In this document: piece by piece, positions 18,984-29,151 of the stretch
Numbering within the stretch: the stretch's first letter is position 1
Layout of the letters: each line of letters opens with the position of its first letter
Origin: Helicobacter suis
Lineage (GTDB): Bacteria; Campylobacterota; Campylobacteria; Campylobacterales; Helicobacteraceae
Assembly (NCBI RefSeq): GCF_902196135.1
Contig: NZ_CABIKE010000003.1
Span: forward strand, 37,235 to 101,234
Direction of reading: 5' to 3'
DNA length: 64,000 bases
Position numbers and translations under genes: made by a program
The notes under the pieces: model-generated
What the model was told of the DNA's origin: nothing
The model's database searches: none
The model's input: only the letters and a program-made list of their open reading frames with translations

Positions 18984-19001
18984 AGCGCCTAAGGGCGCTA
19001 C
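18984..19001 (+). terminator. GC-rich hairpin after ipdC (tagcgcc-taag-ggcgcta); the following T-run is weak
   Basis: A 7-bp perfect stem is seen. No strong U-tract follows. Confidence 0.3.
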
Positions 19002-19173
19002 CGCTTAGCCTTTTCATCACCCCTGTAGTTAAGCCAAGAGAATTGACCGGTCAAAATCGGTGGCTATTGTGGCTGTGCTATCGCCTGAACTATTAAAAGG
19101 AGTTTAATCGTCCCCGCTTGCTTGTGCGCTATAAGTAATTGCCTCCATGTTTAGGCGTTTAAGTCCAAACCCC

Positions 19174-19809
19174 CTAAAAAATCAGAGCGTCCGCGCCATA
19201 CTCAGAAGTGGTAGCTTCTTTTAAAATCACAAAATTTTGGGGGGTGAGTTTGAGTAGGTTTTCAGAATCTCTAGCAAGAAAAAGCGCCTTAGCTCTAGCA
19301 AAAACAGCTCTTTGTAAATCCTTACTACTGCTAATTTGTACAATAGCAAGCAAACCTAAATGCGCGCTATACTCCACCATTTGCTTTAAATTCTTTTCTA
19401 AAAATTGTGCTTCTAAAAGCAAAGCATCCGCCCCATACACTAGCGCCTCTAAAACTTGGTAACGATCCATAAAAAGATCTTTTTGGATAATAGGCTTACT
19501 GCTTAAACGGCGGATATAACCTAATAAATCAAGCGTTTCTAAAGACGGGGGGCTTTGATAGATTTGGCTAAAATCTAGCAAAAGGGCGGAGTAATTACTC
19601 TGCTCGGCTTCTTGTACCCTTTGTACTAAATTTTCTAAATCGTGGGTGGCATTAAGGGTAAGGATTTTATGAGGTTCTTTAAGGCGTCTGAGATTTTCTA
19701 AATCAAGTCTTGGCAAATGCGGGTTATAGGCTAAACTCCTGCCCAACATCTCAAAGGGGCGTAAAGTTTGCCTTAATTCAAGAGATTGCTTTAAATATTC
19801 TAGTGACAC
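19174..19809 (-). CDS. TrpC (indole-3-glycerol-phosphate synthase)-like TIM-barrel protein, divergent or degenerate
   Basis: The central region KDLFMDRYQVLEALVYGADALLL aligns with the TrpC KDFIIDPYQIY-EAR--GADAILLI motif. The N-terminal E-x-K / SPSKG catalytic motif is not evident. The protein is only 211 aa. Confidence 0.4.
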   Translation of the reverse strand: MSLEYLKQSLELRQTLRPFEMLGRSLAYNPHLPRLDLENLRRLKEPHKILTLNATHDLENLVQRVQEAEQSNYSALLLDFSQIYQSPPSLETLDLLGYIRRLSSKPIIQKDLFMDRYQVLEALVYGADALLLEAQFLEKNLKQMVEYSAHLGLLAIVQISSSKDLQRAVFARAKALFLARDSENLLKLTPQNFVILKEATTSEYGADALIF

Positions 19810-21086
19810 TCTGCAATAGATTTAGAGTGGGCTTTAAGCTCGGACTGAGAATTAATCGCCTCCTCAGAAATGGTTAAAAAGAGCTTTTTAGCCTCAGCAC
19901 AATTACCCAGTTTATAATATCCCCAAGCTAGAGAATCAATATAAAACACCGAATCGGGTTCTATTTTCAAGGCCATTTTGACATAATCAATACCCTTACG
20001 GATATTTAAATTATATTCAATCAGAGAATAACCCAAGAAATTATAAAAAAAGGCATCTTGGGCGTCTAAATTGCCCTTATTGCGCCTTAATTGGTACTGG
20101 CGTTCTGCAATGGCTTGTTCTAATTTACGGGTTATGGGGAGAATTTCAGCCCTTTTAGGGGGTTTTTTAGCGCTTATATCCTCGTAAGAATAAACAGCCT
20201 CTAGGGCTAAAAACTTAGGGTCTTTGCGTTCATTATAAAGTAAACCCGCCTGTTTAGAAGCAAGGGCAAATTTCTTTTGCGCGGTGTATAGATCAAGTAA
20301 TAGCCGTCTATCAAAGGGATAATTTAAAGCAATTTTCTCCGCCTTACTAAACTCTTTTAGCATGGTCAAAATCCCGATATAAAGCTGGGCATTTTGCACC
20401 ACTGGATCTTTTTCATAAAGAGTAGCAAAGGCTTCTTTGGCCTTTTGTAATTGGTGGAGCTGGATTAAAGTATTAAAACTTTTTTGGCACAACTCAGGCG
20501 AACAGCCATATTCCTCTAGATGTGAGGCGATCAAATCGGCGGCCTCTTGCTGGTTATTTTGAATCAAATAGAGGGTAATGAGTTTTTCTAGACTATCCTC
20601 ATCGTGTACTTGGTTATAAAGCTTACTTAAAACATCAAAGGCTTTGGTGTATTTTTTCTGGCTAATATAAAGCGATCCCAGTACATTATCTAGCATTAAA
20701 GACTTGTCTTCTTTGCGGATTTTCTCTAACAAAGCAACCGCTTTATCCAGCTGACCGGTTTTAATATAGCCATCTACTAAAATCTTATTGATAGAAAGGT
20801 CTTTATTGTTCTTAGTAACCCGCTTATAAAGCATGGCTAATTCTACAGCGGTGTTAATATCCCCATAGCTAGCAGCAGAAATCGCCGCCTCTTTGGCATA
20901 AATGATATTATTAGTTTCTTTATACAAATGGAGATAATCTTTTTTAGCTGCCGCAAAATCCCCCCGCTGGAAAGCATCTGAAGCGATCAAAATCTGTTGA
21001 TCTTCAGTAACGCTTTGGGCTAAAAGGGTGCTACAGAGTAATCCTAAATTTAACCATTTCCATTTACGCATCTGCTTTTGCATCAC
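19800..21086 (-). CDS. Secreted tetratricopeptide-repeat protein
   Basis: An N-terminal signal peptide MRKWKWLNLGLLCSTLLAQS is present. Multiple TPR-like A/Y/L periodic repeats are seen (428 aa). Confidence 0.6.
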   Translation of the reverse strand: MMQKQMRKWKWLNLGLLCSTLLAQSVTEDQQILIASDAFQRGDFAAAKKDYLHLYKETNNIIYAKEAAISAASYGDINTAVELAMLYKRVTKNNKDLSINKILVDGYIKTGQLDKAVALLEKIRKEDKSLMLDNVLGSLYISQKKYTKAFDVLSKLYNQVHDEDSLEKLITLYLIQNNQQEAADLIASHLEEYGCSPELCQKSFNTLIQLHQLQKAKEAFATLYEKDPVVQNAQLYIGILTMLKEFSKAEKIALNYPFDRRLLLDLYTAQKKFALASKQAGLLYNERKDPKFLALEAVYSYEDISAKKPPKRAEILPITRKLEQAIAERQYQLRRNKGNLDAQDAFFYNFLGYSLIEYNLNIRKGIDYVKMALKIEPDSVFYIDSLAWGYYKLGNCAEAKKLFLTISEEAINSQSELKAHSKSIAECH

Positions 21087-21151
21087 ACCTCACTTCCTAG
21101 AGTTTCAACGAGTATATAATAAATTTTTTAATTAAGAGTATTTCTCACACA

Positions 21152-21529
21152 TTACAATCCATTAAGCACAACGCCCGGGCATAGCGCGGCTAGCTTTTCT
21201 AATTGTTGCTTTGTTTTAAAACACTCCCAAAAAGGAAAAGTCGCACATTGTTTGGGGCGTACTGGATAAATACGGCATCGCTTGGTTTCTTCTTCTAAAA
21301 ACACACAAGCCCACCCGTTTTTTGCATCATGGGCGGGTTTTTCTAAAAGGCTATAAGCATTTTGGACTTTTCTAATGTATTTTAAAGTGAAAGTTTCAAA
21401 GGATAGATTTAAAAAGGCGCTAATGGCGCGCATTTGCTCCACACTCACAAAAACATACCCCCTTTTGCCTAAACAACACCTAGCCCCACAAGTAGTACAA
21501 GCATTTGGATTAAAAGAAAATGATCTCAA
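21152..21529 (-). CDS. YkgJ/UPF0153 family Cys-cluster protein (CxxCxxCC)
   Basis: N-terminal CTTCGARCC and C-terminal cysteines are present. The protein is 125 aa. Confidence 0.55.
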   Translation of the reverse strand: MRSFSFNPNACTTCGARCCLGKRGYVFVSVEQMRAISAFLNLSFETFTLKYIRKVQNAYSLLEKPAHDAKNGWACVFLEEETKRCRIYPVRPKQCATFPFWECFKTKQQLEKLAALCPGVVLNGL

Positions 21530-22101
21530 CGCTCAATTGCTCCATAGTCAATATGAATCCCAAAGGCTAGTGCGAAGGCTTTGTTGGTTTTAGTGATGCT
21601 AAGGGGGAAATCTACTTGTACATGGGCACTCATACCCACGATATTATCTAAAAATTTATACAAATCATCTAAATAATTTGCCATAGCCTTAACCTCTAAT
21701 TCTTCATGGAAAAAATGCCCTAAGGGGTCTATTTTGCGGTTTTTCTCTTGGATTTGTACATGGCTAAAATGTTGGTTTAAAATAGCACTAATGGCATTAG
21801 CCACTCTTTCATAACTAGGGGGTTTGAGTACATCTCTATTTTCTTGTCTAATAGAGTAGTAAGATCGAAGTACACTAGCAAAGTTCTTTTGCTGGCGCGT
21901 CTCAATAATGCGCTGTTGTTTGGCTTCTATATCTTGAGCTCTAAAATCTTTAATCTTAGGATAAAGCACCATGCTTATGCCCCCTGCTGCTATAATAATA
22001 AACAGCGCGCCAAAGATGAGGTTTTTAACCATGCCTTGAAAGGCGATGTCTTTATGGTAGTGGGTTTTAAAGAGGGCTTCTAGTTTTTGTACTTCTTGCA
22101 T
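21526..22101 (-). CDS. Conserved hypothetical membrane-anchored protein
   Basis: The 191-aa protein has a single N-terminal TM (LIFGALFIIIAAGGISMVL). It is part of a three-gene overlapping cluster. Confidence 0.45.
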   Translation of the reverse strand: MQEVQKLEALFKTHYHKDIAFQGMVKNLIFGALFIIIAAGGISMVLYPKIKDFRAQDIEAKQQRIIETRQQKNFASVLRSYYSIRQENRDVLKPPSYERVANAISAILNQHFSHVQIQEKNRKIDPLGHFFHEELEVKAMANYLDDLYKFLDNIVGMSAHVQVDFPLSITKTNKAFALAFGIHIDYGAIER

Positions 22102-22628
22102 CAGTTAACCTTTTTTGCAATGAAGGGTAAAACAGATGAATTGATAGAAACAAAGCTAAACCAGCCATTGCTTAGCGGGTAAAATTCCACATGGCTATTT
22201 TCAAAGATCGAATCTAGTCTTTGTTGGATCGTTAATTCAAAAGATTGTTTGGAGGGGACAATCCCTTTAAGAATGAGGCTAGAGTAATCAATGGTGATAG
22301 ATTGAATCGTAATACTATCTGGAATCATCTCTAAAACGCCCTTAATGGACTCTTTAATGTTGACAATGTAATTAGATTTATCCTGAACACCTTGCAGAGT
22401 TTGCATGGTGTTTGCAATGTCTTCTTTAAGCCGCAAAGTTTCATGGTTATAGATACTGCTTTGTACTTTTAAAATTTCTACATTACGGGCAACTAGCCAA
22501 GTGTATTTTTGTAAAGCATAAGTTGTGCCATAGATTGCCAACACAGAGAGTAAGATATAAAAAATCCAGATTTTGGTAAGCGAACTTACCATGCGTTTGA
22601 CAAGTGGATTTCTATAACTCAGTTTCAC
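22101..22628 (-). CDS. Conserved hypothetical membrane-anchored protein
   Basis: The 175-aa protein has an N-terminal TM. It is translationally coupled to its neighbours (ATGA overlaps). Confidence 0.45.
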   Translation of the reverse strand: MKLSYRNPLVKRMVSSLTKIWIFYILLSVLAIYGTTYALQKYTWLVARNVEILKVQSSIYNHETLRLKEDIANTMQTLQGVQDKSNYIVNIKESIKGVLEMIPDSITIQSITIDYSSLILKGIVPSKQSFELTIQQRLDSIFENSHVEFYPLSNGWFSFVSINSSVLPFIAKKVN

Positions 22629-23619
22629 GGTACTGCTCTTTTTTAGCCAAAATACTCATTTGCTCTGTAAGAGACATGGGGATACTCACCACATCTAACA
22701 TAGTCTCTTCTGCAAGCGTTTCAATGAGTTGGTGGGAAATTTCATAAGTGTTTAAAATAACAACTTTCTCAATAAAATCATTGACATGGCAACTAGGATC
22801 GTCATAAACCGCTTTAATAGACTCTTGTAAGAACTGGACAATATTAGTTGCATGGAGCATGTTATCCACTAATGTCTCTGGATCGTCTGTGGGCTGTTCT
22901 TTGGATACAGGTTGGCCAAAATCCATATTCATCAAATTTGCCTCAATGGATTTTAAAAAAGATTGGAGCTTGTGCTCTTCTCGTTCATAAGCTTCTTTGT
23001 CCTCTTGTTGCATCTGCAACCCTAATTTAGCATCCTTTTCAAAATGATAAAATTTACTATAACAAATCTCCTTTTGATTACTAACCATTACAAGAAAGCG
23101 CGCATGTTCTAAAATAGCATAGATAACGATATTATCCTCTAACATGGGTTTGATAAAACTATACATCAATAAAAAAGGCGAAAAGAGATAATCAAATTCG
23201 CGCAAGTCAGAGTTAAAGGTGTTGACTTCTTGTTCCAAAGCCCTTTTAGTGATGAAAAAATAATAATTATCAATTTCAAGGATAACTAAATCTTTAGGGG
23301 TTGTTTCAGGGGGCAAATGCCGCTCTAAGTCTGTTTTTTTACACATACCCTGTTCTGTACTCTTTGGCATGCCACATAGATAGGAGAAGGGATAAGTTGT
23401 GAAAAAATCACTCGCATCTTTAAAGGCTCTAATTGTAACAAGGCCATTTTTTACCGGGTAGACTCTATCAATAATTTCACGGGTTTGCTTCCATTTAATG
23501 CGTTCAATGCGGCTTAAAAAAATATCGCTGTCATAATTAAAACACAAAAACACATCAGAGAAAAACAAAGCCCGCACATTGTCATAAAAAGCATCTTTAA
23601 GAGATTGCCACACCCCCAC
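22612..23619 (-). CDS. Conserved hypothetical protein (335 aa)
   Basis: The long ORF overlaps its neighbours. No motif recognised. Confidence 0.45.
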   Translation of the reverse strand: MGVWQSLKDAFYDNVRALFFSDVFLCFNYDSDIFLSRIERIKWKQTREIIDRVYPVKNGLVTIRAFKDASDFFTTYPFSYLCGMPKSTEQGMCKKTDLERHLPPETTPKDLVILEIDNYYFFITKRALEQEVNTFNSDLREFDYLFSPFLLMYSFIKPMLEDNIVIYAILEHARFLVMVSNQKEICYSKFYHFEKDAKLGLQMQQEDKEAYEREEHKLQSFLKSIEANLMNMDFGQPVSKEQPTDDPETLVDNMLHATNIVQFLQESIKAVYDDPSCHVNDFIEKVVILNTYEISHQLIETLAEETMLDVVSIPMSLTEQMSILAKKEQYRETEL

Positions 23620-24242
23620 TATTTAACAACCTCCATGTGTGCTGCAAGTAAAGCCTTAGCCTCTGATAAATTCATGTCTTTTGGAATAAAGAAGGGCTCT
23701 AACATGTAATAATGGACTTTAGAAAAGGGTTTGGGGAGTTTAAAGCGATCCCAAGTGTTAAAAGTAAAGGCATTAGCAAAGATCACACGGCAAACCACAA
23801 CCCCCACTCCGGTTTTTTGTGCTAAAGCCACCACCCCATCGGCAATGCTATGATAAGGCCCTTTGGGCCCATCTGGTGTAAGCCCTACATCTGCTCCCTC
23901 TTTTAAATGTTTCATGCCCTCTACTAACACCCGCACACCTCCCCTTTTAGAAGAACCTCTAATAGACATAAATCCAAAGCATTCATAAAGCCTTGCGGCT
24001 AAACTCCCGTCAAAATGTTGGCTAGCCACCACATACAAATTAGGCTTTTTTTTCAAGCGCAAATAAGCAAAGGGCAACATCGCAATTTCTCCATGCCAAA
24101 AACTGGCGATAAAAGATTGTTTTTCTAACCCTTGAGCCAAATAAAAGCGGTTTCTACAAGTCTTAAAAAGGCATGTCAAAACCCAATAAATTAACACCGG
24201 TACAGCCCGCAAAACAAAGCCATTTCTAAAGCGCTTTAACAA
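23619..24242 (-). CDS. DUF374/lysophospholipid-acyltransferase-like protein
   Basis: The 207-aa protein has an FWHGE...LTPDGPKGP pattern typical of DUF374 (recalled). Confidence 0.5.
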   Translation of the reverse strand: MLKRFRNGFVLRAVPVLIYWVLTCLFKTCRNRFYLAQGLEKQSFIASFWHGEIAMLPFAYLRLKKKPNLYVVASQHFDGSLAARLYECFGFMSIRGSSKRGGVRVLVEGMKHLKEGADVGLTPDGPKGPYHSIADGVVALAQKTGVGVVVCRVIFANAFTFNTWDRFKLPKPFSKVHYYMLEPFFIPKDMNLSEAKALLAAHMEVVK

Positions 24243-25542
24243 GGTTAAAATCCTCTATTAAACGCCCCTTTAACCTGCCTTTATGATGTGCTACTACTTG
24301 CACACGCACTAAATCCCCCACCCGTGCATTCAGCGCCTCAAAGCTTAATAGCCGTCCATTATCGCTACGGCCTTCTGCTAGGGGTTCTGTAATATTTTCT
24401 ATTAATACTTGATGGACTTTCCCAACCTCACCTTTTGCCTTTTGTTCTAAAATCTCTCTATGGCGGCTTTGTAACCGTTCTAGATTATGGTGGGCGATGT
24501 TTTTTGGTACTTTTTCTAAATGATAGGCAGGGGTAAGCGGGCGTGCTGAATAAATAAAACTATAAAGCGTATCAAAACGCACCTGTTCTAACACCTCTAA
24601 AGTTTGTTCAAAATCCTGCTGTGTCTCACCCGGAAAACCCACAATAATGTCTGTGCTAATCCCTACATCTGGTACAAGACTTTTTAAACGGGTGATGCGA
24701 TCTAAATACCACTCTTTGCTATATCCCCGCTTCATCGCCTTTAAAATAGCATTTGATCCACTCTGCAAGGGGATATGAATACTCTTACACACTTTAGGAT
24801 TTTTAGCAAAACATTCTAAAAAGGCATTATCCATATGCAAAGGGTGGGGGGAGGTAAAACGGATGCGCTTTAAACCCTCTATCTGGCTAAGATTTTCTAA
24901 AAGGGCGCTAAAATTAACCTTGGGGTGCTTGCTACTAAAACGCACCCCATAATTATTCACATTTTGCCCTAAAAGTAAAATCTCTTTAACCCCTTGTTTG
25001 GCTAGTTTTTCTGCCTCTTTTAAAATCAAATCCATAGGGATAGAAATTTCTTTACCTCTTGTATGGGGTACAATGCAGTAAGTACAGTGTTTATCACAGC
25101 CAATGGAAATATTTAAAAGGGCTTTAACTTGGCTAGGGGCGTGGGTGTTAAAAACATAGGTGCTATCATCATGATCTAAAGAAATCTCAACGGCTTTTTC
25201 TCGTTTAATAATATCTGTAATCTTAGAAACATTGCGCGCCCCTAAAACAAAATCCACACTCGGGGCTTTTTGTAGAATTTGTGCACCCATATGGCTTGCG
25301 CTACACCCACACACGCCAATTTTAGCATGGGGCTTTTTAATCTTGGCAAACTGCCCGATCTCAGAAAAAAGCTTTCGTTCGGGTTTTTCGCGTACGCTGC
25401 AAGTATTAATTAAGATCAAATCAGCTTCTTTGGCCTCTTTTACCTCTACATAACCTACTTTACTTAACTCACCTATTAAATGCTGGCTATCGCGGGTATT
25501 CATCGCACAGCCCATGGTTTCTATATAAACTTTTTGGTGCAT
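24226..25542 (-). CDS. miaB: tRNA-i6A37 methylthiotransferase MiaB
   Basis: The N-terminal MTTase domain MHQKVYIETMGCAMNTRDS and the radical-SAM CxxxCxxC (CDKHCTYCIVP) are present. A TRAM domain is at the C-terminus. Confidence 0.9.
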   Translation of the reverse strand: MHQKVYIETMGCAMNTRDSQHLIGELSKVGYVEVKEAKEADLILINTCSVREKPERKLFSEIGQFAKIKKPHAKIGVCGCSASHMGAQILQKAPSVDFVLGARNVSKITDIIKREKAVEISLDHDDSTYVFNTHAPSQVKALLNISIGCDKHCTYCIVPHTRGKEISIPMDLILKEAEKLAKQGVKEILLLGQNVNNYGVRFSSKHPKVNFSALLENLSQIEGLKRIRFTSPHPLHMDNAFLECFAKNPKVCKSIHIPLQSGSNAILKAMKRGYSKEWYLDRITRLKSLVPDVGISTDIIVGFPGETQQDFEQTLEVLEQVRFDTLYSFIYSARPLTPAYHLEKVPKNIAHHNLERLQSRHREILEQKAKGEVGKVHQVLIENITEPLAEGRSDNGRLLSFEALNARVGDLVRVQVVAHHKGRLKGRLIEDFNLVKAL

Positions 25543-25545
25543 GGT

Positions 25546-25788
25546 TTAAATGATGTGGAGCTGGTAGATAAAATCCTTCTCATCTGAACTAACCTGTACT
25601 TCAGATAAATGCACACGGCAATTTTGCTTTTCTAAAAAAGCCACAGCTTGTAGCATATCCTTATGGGAGTTGGTGGGTGCAAAGTAAAAAATATGTTCTT
25701 TCTTAAGGGCTTTTTGGTAGAGTTCTTCTAAACTAATGCTATAAAGTTTACTTTGCTTTCTATCCATCTTAGCTAAACGCAATTCCAT
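25546..25788 (-). CDS. Small conserved hypothetical protein (80 aa; HP0268-like by position)
   Basis: An 80-aa ORF lies between miaB and the amidohydrolase gene. The ortholog assignment rests on synteny only. Confidence 0.4.
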   Translation of the reverse strand: MELRLAKMDRKQSKLYSISLEELYQKALKKEHIFYFAPTNSHKDMLQAVAFLEKQNCRVHLSEVQVSSDEKDFIYQLHII

Positions 25789-25813
25789 AAAACACCTCCA
25801 ATGAACTAGCCGC

Positions 25814-27085
25814 CTAGCTTAGCGCATGTTGGCTTAAAAGCGTTTTTAAGCGCCATGCTAGTACGACCCTCTCCCCCTGTATCCATAAATCTTTCACACG
25901 GCGTGCATGTAAAAGCCAGTTTAAAATATAGGCAAGTGTGGGCTCTATTTGTCCAGAGAGGCCAAAGAGTGCCAAATCTGCATCCTTGCCCTTTTCTAAA
26001 CTCCCGGTATTTAGCCCTAAGGCTTTACTAGCATGTAGAGTTGTACCTAATAAAACCTCTGGCAATAAATCTAATAAGGGTTTTTGAAATGACCATAGGG
26101 CGATGCGCAATTCCTCTAAAAAATTGATATTGTAATTAGAACTCTCTCCGTCAGTAGCGATAGCTATAGGGATGTTTAATTGCTTAGCTAATCCTGTTTT
26201 TAAAATTTTGCCACTTAAAAGGCGGTTAGAGCGCGGGCAGGTGATAAGGGTGGTTTGTGTACTAATACGCTTAGCATATTTTAAATGCTGGCGGTTTGCA
26301 AATAAAGCATGCACGAGTAATAAACGCTGGTTTTTAAAGAGGTCTAAAAATTCAAAAGGGCTTGCAAAACTAGGTGAGGGTACAACTTTTAAAATCTCTG
26401 TGTAAAAATGATTAAACCAACCTTGTTGGTTTTCTAGCCATTTTAATTCGGCCTGTGATTCTAAAAAGTGGGTGGAGATCACAGAACTTTTAAAGGTGTG
26501 TAAAACCTGTTTAGCCAAATCTTTATGTACCGAATAGGGCGCATGGATAGCAATAGCCGGGATAAAACGCGCACTTTTAAGTTGCTTAGTGAGGGTATGG
26601 CGCTGGCTAAAAGCTTTAAAATTAGAAGAAGTGGCCTGCCCCCCGATGAGCTCATCAAAAAAGACTACCCGCAAGGGCGAGTTTTTAAGGCAATACCGAT
26701 CCAGCCCATAACTGCTAATAGCCCCCACACTGCCTACTCCGCTAAGAATCTGGGCATTAATAGTCTTTTGCATAGAAATTTGTGATTTTTCTAAAACCCT
26801 TGTACGCTTTTTAAGAAGAGAGCTAAGCCACCCTTCAAAACTCCCATACTCAAAGCATCTTTGGCCACTAAATTCAAAGTGTACATGCGGGTTTATAAAA
26901 GCAGGGAGTAAAAGTGCTTTTTTATCAAAGAAAACCGGGGCATTTGGATAGGTTTTACAAAGATATGTTATATCACCTAATTCTATAATTGTGCCTTTCT
27001 GTATCACCACACCCGCATTTGTTAAAATATCAAAGTTAGGGTTACAGGTTAAAACAAGCCCTGCGCCAATGATTTTAGTAGGCAA
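25814..27085 (-). CDS. Metal-dependent amidohydrolase/deaminase (chlorohydrolase family; aminofutalosine/MTA-SAH deaminase-like)
   Basis: An HxH metal motif (INPHVHFEF) is present. The protein is 423 aa with an amidohydrolase-superfamily layout. Confidence 0.65.
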   Translation of the reverse strand: MPTKIIGAGLVLTCNPNFDILTNAGVVIQKGTIIELGDITYLCKTYPNAPVFFDKKALLLPAFINPHVHFEFSGQRCFEYGSFEGWLSSLLKKRTRVLEKSQISMQKTINAQILSGVGSVGAISSYGLDRYCLKNSPLRVVFFDELIGGQATSSNFKAFSQRHTLTKQLKSARFIPAIAIHAPYSVHKDLAKQVLHTFKSSVISTHFLESQAELKWLENQQGWFNHFYTEILKVVPSPSFASPFEFLDLFKNQRLLLVHALFANRQHLKYAKRISTQTTLITCPRSNRLLSGKILKTGLAKQLNIPIAIATDGESSNYNINFLEELRIALWSFQKPLLDLLPEVLLGTTLHASKALGLNTGSLEKGKDADLALFGLSGQIEPTLAYILNWLLHARRVKDLWIQGERVVLAWRLKTLLSQHALS

Positions 27086-28325
27086 AAAGTACCCTCTCTC
27101 CTTGCAACACTTGGCACACCCGCCCCTTTAAAACTTCTCCTTCATAAATGCTTAAAGGGTTATTTACGCGAGTAGTTGCCTCTAAGTCTACTAACATCAA
27201 GCGGGCTTCTTTTCCTAGCGCTATTTCTCCATAATTAGCTTTCAAAAAGCAAGCAGGATTAGTTGCCATTAAAGTGATTAACTGCTTGAGTGTGAGGGTT
27301 TTATTGTGCACAAGGTGGGTATAAGCCAAAGGAAAGAGATGATCAATGCTTTGCATGCCAAAGGGGGCTTCTTCAAATATTGTTAAAGAGGGCGTGTGGG
27401 TGTAGTGTAGTGAGGTGAGCATGTCTATTTGGCCATTTTGCAAAGCGTGTTTGAGTGCCTCTTGTTGATCTTTACTTTTGAGGGGGGGCAAAATTTTAGC
27501 GCGTGAATCATAGCGCCTATAAATTTGCTCTTCTAAAATCAAATGGTGTAAGGGGGTTTGTATCAAAAGAGGCGCGCCTAAAGACTTAAAGGCCTGTGTA
27601 ATTTGAAGCGCTTCTAATTCCACTACACTATCTAACATAGTAGGTAGTTGGGTGTGTAAAGCCATAGCTGCATACTTGCCCACTTCTTTAATTTGAATCA
27701 AGGGGCTTACACTGGGCAAACCTAATTCATAAGCTAAAGGACTAGAGTCCATGATAGCAAGAGTAGGCCGCCCCTCATAGCCACGCACCCCGCATACCAA
27801 AGGCAAACCAAGCATTTTGGCATAATCTAAAGCGGGTAAGAGTTTTTGCCCCTCTAAGTTATAAATATACAAACACGCCGGGCTATTTGGGGGTAATTGT
27901 CCATGTAACATGGCTAAATTTTGTAATCGTTCCTTATTGTTTAGAGGGTGAAAACAAATGGGGTCTTTAAAGGTAATAGCCTGCTCTAATGCAGCTTCTA
28001 GGGGGCTAGGGCTCTCTTGTTCTAAACTTAGAGGTTGCATGTCAGGTTCATTCAAAGAATATAAGGGGGTTAGATCAATGCCCATTAAAGTCCCCACACC
28101 CCCTTTTAAGGCCTGATTCTTAAGTTTTAGATAGGTTTGGGCTTGCAAATTATGTAAAAACACGCCTAAATCTACAAAACTAGGTAAGAGGGTATGTTGC
28201 TGGCAATCTATTACATTTTCATGTTGACTAGGGCTTAAAAAATTTTCTATTGCCACAATATAATCGCCCACCACCCGCACATCTACTTTTTCCCCCTCTG
28301 CTAATCTTGCATTTTTTAATACCAA
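27075..28325 (-). CDS. Dihydroorotase-like amidohydrolase-fold protein (canonical HxH not evident)
   Basis: The 416-aa protein resembles PyrC-like cyclic amidohydrolases. The first metal-ligand motif is replaced (LPSFVDLGVF). Confidence 0.5.
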   Translation of the reverse strand: MVLKNARLAEGEKVDVRVVGDYIVAIENFLSPSQHENVIDCQQHTLLPSFVDLGVFLHNLQAQTYLKLKNQALKGGVGTLMGIDLTPLYSLNEPDMQPLSLEQESPSPLEAALEQAITFKDPICFHPLNNKERLQNLAMLHGQLPPNSPACLYIYNLEGQKLLPALDYAKMLGLPLVCGVRGYEGRPTLAIMDSSPLAYELGLPSVSPLIQIKEVGKYAAMALHTQLPTMLDSVVELEALQITQAFKSLGAPLLIQTPLHHLILEEQIYRRYDSRAKILPPLKSKDQQEALKHALQNGQIDMLTSLHYTHTPSLTIFEEAPFGMQSIDHLFPLAYTHLVHNKTLTLKQLITLMATNPACFLKANYGEIALGKEARLMLVDLEATTRVNNPLSIYEGEVLKGRVCQVLQGERVLFAY

Positions 28326-28334
28326 AAAGATCTC

Positions 28335-29066
28335 CTATAATCGCAATAAAAAAGCGCCCAAACGATCCATCTGTCCGCTTATAATTAAAATCCCCATTAA
28401 AAGTAACACTAACCCTGAAATCTTTTCAATCCAATAAGCATATTGTCTAATCTTTTTAAGAAACCCTAAAGCTTGGTTGATCACCAAAGCCACGATTAAA
28501 AAAGGCACGCCAAAGCCTAGTACAAATACCCCTAATAATGCCATGCCATAAACATGCTGGGCTCCGCTTAGTAGTACAATGCTTGTAAAAATAGGGCCAA
28601 TACAAGGAGTCCACCCTAGCGCAAAACTCATTCCAAGTACTAAGGGCACTAAACTTTGTAAAAACGGGTTTTTAAATTCCAAACGCATATCCCAAGTTTT
28701 GCTTTGATAGAGCAATTTAATGGGCAAAATCCCTAAAAAGTGTAGCCCAAATAAAATCACTAAAGATCCAGAAATTATGCGCGTCCATGTGCCATTTAAG
28801 TAGGCATGCATGATCTTAGCCATAGAAACCCCAATGAGCCAAAAGATCAGCCCAAAACCTAGCACAAATAAGCTAGCCTTAATCAAGATAGAAAAACGGC
28901 TAGCTTGGCCATTTTTAAGGTCTTCTAGGGAGGTTTGGGAGATATAAGACATGTAGGCTGGAATGAGGGGTAAAATACAGGGGCTTAAGAAGGCTAAAAT
29001 CCCTGCAAAAAACGAGGCCACTAGGGGCATGTGATCAAAAATAGATAGTAAAGTATCCTCCAACAT
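28335..29066 (-). CDS. ccdA: Cytochrome c biogenesis thiol-disulfide transporter CcdA/DsbD-family
   Basis: A 6-TM protein. The conserved Cys pair is in FLSPCILPLIP and GWTPCIGP. Confidence 0.8.
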   Translation of the reverse strand: MLEDTLLSIFDHMPLVASFFAGILAFLSPCILPLIPAYMSYISQTSLEDLKNGQASRFSILIKASLFVLGFGLIFWLIGVSMAKIMHAYLNGTWTRIISGSLVILFGLHFLGILPIKLLYQSKTWDMRLEFKNPFLQSLVPLVLGMSFALGWTPCIGPIFTSIVLLSGAQHVYGMALLGVFVLGFGVPFLIVALVINQALGFLKKIRQYAYWIEKISGLVLLLMGILIISGQMDRLGAFLLRL

Positions 29067-29151
29067 TTCAGTTATCCTAAGTGTTTTTTGCTATAATAAC
29101 AAATCTTTAAGGATACTTAGCACTAAAAATAAGGATACTGACATACACCAC

